Source: Alloascoidea hylecoeti (taxonomy: Eukaryota). From it: a stretch of DNA of 64,000 nt. Below, piece by piece: positions 55,900-64,000 of the stretch; position 1 is the first letter of the stretch, and every line of letters starts with the position of its first letter. Where the stretch lies: the NCBI GenBank assembly GCA_001600815.1, contig BCKZ01000007.1, positions 620,001 through 684,000 on the forward strand, given 5' to 3'. The translations under genes were made by a program, and so were the position numbers. The notes under the pieces were generated by a model, which did not search any database, was not told the origin of the DNA, and saw nothing but the letters and a program-made list of their open reading frames with translations.

Positions 55900-58388
55900 T
55901 TTGTTGAACTAAAAGAGAGGTGTAATTGAGAGTTTCTTAAAATATGTTAAACAAAAATGTTGAAAGTTTTAAATCGAGCTATATTAAATTTAAAGGAATG
56001 ACTGTGGATATAGATCCGAAATAAAATAGCAAAATCTGGAAGAAGAAAAAAAGAAAGAATGGAAGGATTGTGTTCATTTTTATGGATTGAAAAAAGAGAT
56101 AAAAAATATCATCATCATCACATTTTAGTTTTCATGTCCGGAAACTATAATTATACTTTACAGTTAAGGTTCTACTAATTATACCTTTCTGCTACAACAG
56201 GCGTATCATATATAATCAGAAAATTGCGAGCTTGATTATCTTCATATAATGACTTGTATTAATATCATTTTCAAACATCGCTGGTATGATGCCAAAGATG
56301 AAATTTAAAGGGTGTACGATCGGATCTTGTAAAATGTTGCATTGCCAAATACTCATTGCTAAATTATGATTAAATACGCATGCTACTTCTAAGGCGCGTT
56401 TCGTATGCTTCATGCAAGCACCACAAATCTGTAAGTAGGAATTTATGGCCACATGTTATTGCCGTGACAACCATGTTCGCTATGAGAAGTTGAACAAAAG
56501 TTTTTTTAACAAGTTTTTGCAAGTGTTTTCCAAAGCTCAAATTTATCTCCCCAAAAAACGTTATCATTGATAGGTAGATAAAGTACGGGTGCTTTATCAT
56601 ATTGCAGGATCTCCTGTACAAAATTTTTAAGAATCCCAAATGAAACAACGCAAACCTTTATAATGTCCTGACAAGTTAGATATTCTAGTATATCAAGATT
56701 TGTCTTACTTCGCTATATAGCTATATGTATTATGTAATTTAGGGCTGCCAAGGACTAATTGATTATAACTAAATCCTCTAAAACTGAATCTGAAAGTAAG
56801 AGTTTGAGCTTTCAATTTATCATACATTAGAATTAATTAAGATTATAGAATAAGAGATAGAATAAAAAAACATGGTTACTACCCTGATCGTGGGGATCGT
56901 AAGTAATATAAATCTGGGAAACACTTTAAATTCATTCCTATCTTTTTTTTACTTATAATAATAATCATAATTAGAAGTTTCGAATCTATGTAATGAAAAG
57001 AGGATATAAAATATTGCAGTTGCAGTCGTAATTAGGCTTACACTAGTTGGAGGTCTGGGTCTAGATCTAAATCTAAAGTTTCAGATGGTAATAGTCAGAT
57101 CTAGTTATATAATTTAATTGGAAAATATATGAAAAGTTAAAAAAAAAAAAAGAGATGTAAGCTTATATTCAATGGTATGTGGCATATCAGTTTATCTGTA
57201 ACCATTATATGAAGCACAAATGAACTTGTCAAGGCACCAATACTATCAATCATAGGTCAATGGATTTTAATCTTCCACATAGTCTTTATGATTTTCAGGT
57301 TGCGTTAAACCTCATATGAAGTAATCTACATTATAAGGCTATAAAATTATAGCTTGTGTGCACACACCTATCAAGGCTGGGCGTTTAATTATAAGTAATT
57401 TTAACTGTAATTTTGCCATAATATTCCTTAATGTGTTACTACTTGGTTTAGGCGCTCTTAGTTGCACTAAGAATATTTGTTAATAATAGAAAATTTTAAT
57501 GATAATTACTTAATTTTCTCGTAACTTAAACTTCATTTTTTCTACACTACGGAAAAATAAAAGTAAACATCTAATTAATCAAAATTAATGTGAATCCCAA
57601 AGAGTTTTAAGTTTGGGGGTGACTCAAACATAACGGGAATATTAAGTAGTTGACCTCATCAATTGCAAGCTTAAGATTAAACGAAATTATGAACCGGTTC
57701 GCCATCGTAAATAGCATTGAGATTGCCTCATTATAATCTGTAGCGAAATCAAATAAATCAAATACTTATAGGTACAGTTTACAACAATTGTAATATAGCT
57801 TCAATTGTAATACTAGCTACCTATTGCAAATTACAACTAAAATAAGTATTAGATATTACAGATAAGCTTTAAAAAGGAAATGTAAGAGAAATTTAAAGAT
57901 GATTATTAGTACGTATAAGTTATATAATTAAAACAATAGCAATTGCAAAGAATTAGTATTAAAAATCTTCCAGGGTTCATCGTTAAAAACGTGCTTGTGG
58001 GAATGTGCTTTGAAGATTTTGAAGTTATATCTTTTTTTTTTATACTATTTTGCAATTAATCAGAATATAGTGTATTATAATTCCATGCTTCACGATTGAA
58101 TTAATGAACCTTGTATAATTACATGTTCACCTCAGCACAAGGGTGTCAGATTAAACATCTATAAGTAATATATTTTGTCCATTTAAATCAAATGGCTCAG
58201 ATTGAATAGTTACAATTCTAAGACTTTAATTAATATTAATATTAAGTCAATAATGATCAACGTTATCACAAGAAAGCTCTATATTGTATTGCAGCTGGTA
58301 CGTAGGTTTGTACCTACTATTCTTCTGGATTCAAAGTTAAGAATTCATCCATAACCTAATGGCCAAATAAGTATACCCTATCATTTTT

Positions 58389-60608
58389 TTATTCTGAGTC
58401 ATCTAATCTTGGAAGTTGAGAATTTTCTTCTATCCACTTCACCATTTTATCACAAATTTTAGACACATCCTTCAGGCATTCATGATAGTCATTGAACTTT
58501 GGTTTTATACAATCAGAATTAACATATGAAAACAGGATATCAATTTCTTCTTTTCCTTCATAATCAAGAAGAAGATTGATAGTATCACGTTGACATGAAG
58601 CAAAATTATAAGCATTACTATGCGATTCAATAATAAGTCTCGTAATTTGAAGTTCTAATTCTGAATACCCTGTGTGAGATGCAATTTCAGTATCTAGCAA
58701 AACTGGGAGTAAAACACGAGCTGGCTCACCATCACCTCTTGGGCCATTTAACAATGAAATCTTCTTCCATGTTATAAGTTGTTTTAACAATGCGCAGATA
58801 CTGGCCCTAATCTCCATTGAATAGTCACTAGTATCAATACCCTTGACAATTTCCATTGCAAGAATAAGACATTCATTTGCCAAAGAGGGTATAGCCTGTT
58901 CAAAAGAAATTAAAACGAGATAATGTAACCTTTCAACAACTTTGTTATTTTGCATTACTTTATTATTTTTTCTCAAACAAAGTTTAAAATCTTCAATGCT
59001 ATTATAGAAAAATATGACATTTGTTGTTTCCTTTCGTAGAAAAAAATGAAGGTTATATATTAGTTCAGAGAAAATAGTATAATATGGTGTGGTAAATTCT
59101 TTATCTATTGTATATTGATCTTCAGTTTCTTCATCAAAGCTATCATAGTATTTGAACATATTTAAGCTCTCGTTTAGCAAAGGCTCATCATCATCATCAG
59201 GACCATTATATACTGTTATTTCCTTGTAATTAGAAAGATACTTTAGTATCCTGTAGACTGCGTGTGGGAACAGGGATGCGGTACTTGGACAAAATACCCT
59301 TCTTTTCATTGAAAACACAAGTAATGTAGCACTGGCTCCTAGCCAAGTAATATTTCTTCCTAGGAATACCTCATACACATACTTCATCAACTCATCATGA
59401 TTAAAGGATAAGTAGACACTATTTGAGAATGACATTTCTTTGATGGACAATGTTACCTTCTGGCAAAATTCATGGACTATTGCGGTATCACCATATCGCT
59501 CCCTGTTTAAATCCAATCCCACCTCAATTAATTTGAACAGCCGTATAAAAAACTCATCCCCAGAAATAACTTTATCTTTATTCAATTCATAATCCATTTC
59601 CTTGGTGGTAAATATATCATAAAAGTTTCTATATTGGTGTATATCAGGTATCGTGTAAGACATCCCGACTAACTCGTCTAGTGATTGAACATTATAGATT
59701 TCTTTTTCGTTAATATTAGATTGGTCATCATCTTCAATAAAAATATTACTTTTCCGTATTTTATCTAAAGTTTTTGAAAGGCGCATAGTATCAAATCTTA
59801 AGGTCATTAATAGACAATTCAAACAATGAATAGTAACATGGAACTGGTCACCCATGGCTACCCTTCGATTATAGTTTTCTATATCAATAAAATATTCATT
59901 ATCAATATGTCTTTTCGCTGCCCTTATACCCGAAGCAAGAATAAAATATAAAGCATAGTCAGGAAGGTAGTGACTGAAGTTAATCTTATTTCGCTTCACT
60001 TCCTCATACAAGCGTTCTAGTAATGTTTCTACTAAAAAAAATAAGAATCCAGTCCTCATTCTTGGTTTATGATAAGCGCACATTATCAGTAGCTCGATAT
60101 AGGATAATTTTATCATTCTCAACTTTAATCCGTTACCTGAATTAGAAATACACCATAGAATATTTACGAGTTCTTCCATGAAAAAGGTTGGAGGTTCATT
60201 TGAGGTTCCTACCAACAGAAAACATTTAGAGACATATCGTTGAAATTTCTCATCAAGAAATAAATGCATTCTCAACCATGGGAAATCATTAAGTATTCGA
60301 GACATTAAACTACCAGCTAGCCCGGATATTACTCTCGAAATCTTTGTTTGAATAACCAATGTGCCATAGTGAGAAAACACATCTAATACAATAGATATCC
60401 CCCATTCTAAACTATCGGGCATTAAATTTCCAGTTGTCGTGCACTTTTTCAATATTGTTTTCAAAAGTTTTAAGTCTTTTAGAAGTTTAGCAATGTTTTC
60501 TTCATTAAAGCACTTTTTAATGTCACGGAACACAACCTCCAGTAGTTGTTCAATGGGATACTCCTTTTTTTGATCTAATTTGGGGTCCGAGAGAATTAAT
60601 ATTCCCAT
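58389..60608 (-). CDS. 739-aa hypothetical Leu/Ile-rich, probably alpha-helical repeat protein
   Basis: Long ORF; no recognised motif. Confidence 0.6.
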   Translation of the reverse strand: MGILILSDPKLDQKKEYPIEQLLEVVFRDIKKCFNEENIAKLLKDLKLLKTILKKCTTTGNLMPDSLEWGISIVLDVFSHYGTLVIQTKISRVISGLAGSLMSRILNDFPWLRMHLFLDEKFQRYVSKCFLLVGTSNEPPTFFMEELVNILWCISNSGNGLKLRMIKLSYIELLIMCAYHKPRMRTGFLFFLVETLLERLYEEVKRNKINFSHYLPDYALYFILASGIRAAKRHIDNEYFIDIENYNRRVAMGDQFHVTIHCLNCLLMTLRFDTMRLSKTLDKIRKSNIFIEDDDQSNINEKEIYNVQSLDELVGMSYTIPDIHQYRNFYDIFTTKEMDYELNKDKVISGDEFFIRLFKLIEVGLDLNRERYGDTAIVHEFCQKVTLSIKEMSFSNSVYLSFNHDELMKYVYEVFLGRNITWLGASATLLVFSMKRRVFCPSTASLFPHAVYRILKYLSNYKEITVYNGPDDDDEPLLNESLNMFKYYDSFDEETEDQYTIDKEFTTPYYTIFSELIYNLHFFLRKETTNVIFFYNSIEDFKLCLRKNNKVMQNNKVVERLHYLVLISFEQAIPSLANECLILAMEIVKGIDTSDYSMEIRASICALLKQLITWKKISLLNGPRGDGEPARVLLPVLLDTEIASHTGYSELELQITRLIIESHSNAYNFASCQRDTINLLLDYEGKEEIDILFSYVNSDCIKPKFNDYHECLKDVSKICDKMVKWIEENSQLPRLDDSE

Positions 60609-61038
60609 TTTTATTCCAATTTTATATCATGAAATAAGTAATTTATGGTATAAATAGCCGTAGCGATATATATAAACACCCATGCATACAAAAACCTCAA
60701 AAGTGAAACCCGTTCTTTTAAGCCATTAATCCTCTAACAATGATTTCTTATCTTTATACCTTGTGCTATCGCTGTCGTTATTCTCTTGTTTATGACAAAC
60801 ATACTCCTGATTGTACAATAACTCATAAAAATAACGTTATTAATACATCTGAGATCTAGATCTATCTTATAATAAAATGAATTCTTCTGACTTAATACTT
60901 TTAAATTTATTTATATCCATCTATTCAGTCTATATCTAATATATTATAATTTCCATAACAAAAGAGTCCATAGACTAATCCAATTTAAGATACATGTATT
61001 GACATTGTATACCTTCATATTTTAATCTTCCATTGAAA

Positions 61039-61668
61039 TTACTTAAACATTGTTTTAAACAACAAAAAACTAGAATACCCAATCAGAGAAATAACAATAA
61101 AGATATACACTCTCTCTTTGGTTTCTACTTCGCTTAAGAAAGGATAAGGTAGCATTCCATTAAACTTTTGCAGATAATGAATCCAGTACCAATAAGCAAT
61201 AGTCAACCCACCAAATAACACAAAACCAGCTTTCTTTGAAATGAACCCCCAAGATTTGATGAAGAGAAAATTATTCAGTAACAAAAACAATAGTGGGAAA
61301 GCATGCAATTGCAAGTCTAGTGTAATTGGAATTGGATTAATACCACCTCTAAACATTAGATTATGGTCATAAAAGCGAATACCCCAATAAACAGTTGTAA
61401 CGATAAATTCTGCAACGGTAGCAGCAACAAAAACAAGATTTTTGATCGATTTAAGGAGGTTTGGACCACTGAATACTGAATGAAGAGTTGATAAAAAGAA
61501 AGCAGAAAGTGTTATAACAAGAGACAAAAAGGTAAGAAATTGGAAATGCCCACCGACTGCTACTCCTCCAGAGGGTGTTATAATTTCAAATTTATTGACT
61601 GCATAAATAGCATATAAAGCTGATGATGAAGCAATTGAGCTTGAAATGAATTGTCCTGTTTTAACCAT
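61039..61668 (-). CDS. FAR-17a/AIG1-like membrane protein
   Basis: GGHFQFLT (conserved Thr), VYW, DLQLHAFP (conserved His), PYPFL; about 6 TM segments. Confidence 0.85.
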   Translation of the reverse strand: MVKTGQFISSSIASSSALYAIYAVNKFEIITPSGGVAVGGHFQFLTFLSLVITLSAFFLSTLHSVFSGPNLLKSIKNLVFVAATVAEFIVTTVYWGIRFYDHNLMFRGGINPIPITLDLQLHAFPLLFLLLNNFLFIKSWGFISKKAGFVLFGGLTIAYWYWIHYLQKFNGMLPYPFLSEVETKERVYIFIVISLIGYSSFLLFKTMFK

Positions 61669-61781
61669 TGCTTCGTTCGATATAAATTGCGGGTATAAAA
61701 AGTAGGGAAGTCTTAATTGCTAGTGGATGTTTGGATTTGACCGGCAGTGGAAGATATTACGAAGCCGACATCAACCTTTAT

Positions 61782-61908
61782 GAATAAGCTAAGTAACATG
61801 TACTTTAAATAAGCTAAGTTGAATAAGCCAATAAGTTGAATAAGCCAATAAGTTGAATAAGCTAATAAGTTGAATAAGCTAAGTTAAATAAGCTAAGCTA
61901 AGTTAAAT
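61782..61908. repeat. Minisatellite of 14-19-bp units, consensus RAATAAGCY(AAT)AAGTT, about 7 copies
   Basis: Read directly; lies between the AIG1-like start codon and the EMP24 3' end. Confidence 0.9.
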
Positions 61909-62248
61909 ATTTATATGAGTTTTGAAGACGTTGTAATATTAACATGAAGTTATACAAGTCTGAAATAAAATTTTAAATATATCCATTGAAAGAGCCATAT
62001 CTAACCATTATATAAATTTAAACAGTAACTTTTAATTCTACTACATAGTACTTAAAGCTTTGTACAGGGTTAGAGTGAGCTGATTCAAATTTCAAAACAA
62101 TCCACAGTGCTCCTTATTCTTCAGATCAAGCTTACAACTTATTTTATGAAAATATAGAAAAGTTCGTTTAAACTATATATTGAAATTATAAACATTAGTT
62201 TCTTCTATAAGCCTTAACTCCTTGTCATGTTATTACTAACAAAACTGT

Positions 62249-63023
62249 TTAGATAACAGACTTGACTTCAAAAAACCGTTTTAAGTAATATATCTGGAAC
62301 AGACTGTTGGCGGCAACCACAATAATTTGGAATATACTCCACCATTTAACTCTATCATTTGTAGATTCAGCAGTATTTCTATGAGTTCTTTCTCTAATGA
62401 CGATATATGTCTAGATTAAATCATCAGTTAGTTAGTTATAAATCGTGGAAAAGGGAAACAAAGTTCAAAATTTTAATAAACGTACCTGTTCATCTCTAAC
62501 TTCTTGAACTAGATGGGCAAGATTTCTAACTTCTTTATCCAAAGTATCACCAACATCTACATCATTCAAATCAACATAAACAACTCCATGAATATTGAAG
62601 GTGATATCTTTTGTAGCAATCCCCCACCTTTCATTTGAGAAGCAATATTCATATTTTCCCTTAACATCAACTTCAAGTGATACATCACCGTGAGAAACAT
62701 CGTATAGTTGCTTGACGGATTGTCCATTTGGTTTAATAATCTAGATTTGGGAAAAGCGCGTTAGAACTAATTTATTTCAACCACACTTCAATAAAAATAT
62801 ATTGCAAACAGAATACAGTCAACAAACTTACGTTAAAGTCAGCAGTTAATTGGTCTTGATGTGAAGGATCACGATTTCCCACCTGGAAAGTGACAGCAAG
62901 GACATCATTCACCTTCATGGTTTCAAAAAAACAAGTCTTTCCTCTTGGATGTAGCAAGACATTGTGGCATGCGACCAAAGGTAATAAACTGGCCAAGACC
63001 CAAAATAATGATAGAAACTTCAT
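62249..63023 (-). CDS. EMP24: p24 beta cargo receptor; exons 63023-62832, 62740-62486, 62410-62249
   Basis: Signal peptide, GOLD domain (CFFE, YEYCFSN), RERTHRNTAESTNDRVKWWS, YLKRFFEVKSVI. Two GT..AG introns; 202 aa. Confidence 0.92.
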
Positions 63024-63481
63024 GTTTTTGGTTTTCTTTACGGATTGGATGGTGTTGCTTGTCAGTCCAGAAACGTGGTAACTTCTCGATGAGAGTTGTA
63101 TGGGTGTTTCGACAATTCTGAGCAACTTCTACATCTGCCCCATCTTTATGAGACAACTATTTACAGCATTAATACATCTGAAATCAATCAAGTCTTAGAT
63201 GAAAAGTTTAAACAGGGCCCGCCGCCAAATTTTGAAAAAAAATGGAATACGTTAAAATTAGTAAATAGTAAGGTAGGGAAGATATTTTAAATAATAATTA
63301 GATATATAAACCTTTTTTCCACATTATTATATATGAATAATATTAATTAACTAAAAGTAAAAAGCATATATATCTTGAAATCATTTAACTCTCTAAACAT
63401 TATCATACTTTTAGAAATAAATTCGTCATTGAGGATAGTGATGGTTAGGGTTTTGATGAAGACATGGTGTTTGTTTCTAAT

Positions 63482-63739
63482 TTAATTGATTCTTTCCTTT
63501 CTTCTGAAAGAACAACCTTCTGTGAGCTTGGCTTTACCTCCAGTTGGCTGGCATAAAACTGTAGAGCAGGCACCACAGGTGACAGCTGTCTGAGCATGTG
63601 AAAAGACGGTTGTGATGTTAAGACAACCAGGACACTTGACATCCATAAAGTATGATCTTGGTGTGGCAACAAGTGTCTTTAACTTGTGTTTTCTTAACTC
63701 AGCTTGAGGAGTTGGGTTGAGTAAATCTTGAACTAAAAC
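63482..63739 (-). CDS. RPS27: 40S ribosomal protein eS27, 3' exon (ATG exon lies beyond the window; intron 63740->64000)
   Basis: ACTAAC..CAG acceptor, then VLVQDLLNP...[10 protein letters not shown]...[27 protein letters not shown]. Confidence 0.93.
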   Translation of the reverse strand, partial: VLVQDLLNPTPQAELRKHKLKTLVATPRSYFMDVKCPGCLNITTVFSHAQTAVTCGACSTVLCQPTGGKAKLTEGCSFRRKERIN

Positions 63740-64000
63740 CTGTACATAAAAGAAGTTAGTTGAGACTACCATGAAATTGATTGTGAATGAAATGTATTAA
63801 TGATTTGGATAAGTGAAAATAACTTGGGATTACATAATTATAAGATTGTATCCATCCAATATATACCAATGAGTGTGCAAAATATTGTAAATACTCCGAT
63901 CTTTCCTAGGAAATCCCTTCCAGATAGTTGAAGGTCTGTGATGAAGCCCATGAATTGTTCAATATTGATCTTTGTTCTTCGATAGATGTCGTGTAATGCT

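Noticed and set aside
56216..56648. Overlapping minus-strand ORFs with CGHKF / CGAC, suggesting a RING pseudogene
   Set aside because: Cys/His spacing incomplete; no colinear support.
61782..61908. CRISPR-like array
   Set aside because: No unique spacers, eukaryotic context; a simple minisatellite.
63740..64000. Possible structured RNA in the RPS27 intron (short hairpins, TTTCCTAGGAAA palindrome)
   Set aside because: Truncated by the window edge; no snoRNA boxes identified on the sense strand.

Overview
AT-rich, intron-containing budding-yeast (Saccharomycotina-like) chromosomal DNA. CUG appears to encode Leu; donors are GTATGT/GTAAGT/GTACGT and branch points (A/G)CTAAC. About 21 protein-coding genes. 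Recognisable: GNA1, YKT6 (4 introns), a flavocytochrome b2 lacking a mitochondrial presequence and ending in -SKL, an HXT-type sugar porter, EGD1/NAC-beta, GAD1, a Pcl5/Clg1-like cyclin, mitochondrial IleRS, RIM8, NSR1, two tandem GAS genes, an FKS3-like glucan synthase, UBP8 (5 introns), PLP2, an ACSF3-like ligase, SCW4/10, an AIG1-like protein, EMP24 and the 3' exon of RPS27. Less certain: a C2H2 factor, a DUF3112-like membrane protein and two unassigned ORFs. Features the ORF track misses: (1) EGD1 is in frame only with a single-nucleotide exon (G18885), and its first intron folds into a four-stem rod; (2) a decayed cytochrome b2 pseudogene at 10.4-11.1 kb; (3) two Tc1/mariner-type MITEs; (4) a fossil Tc1-like transposase at 35.2-36.4 kb; (5) several degenerate inverted or direct repeats. 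All calls come from reading the sequence by eye; no searches were run.
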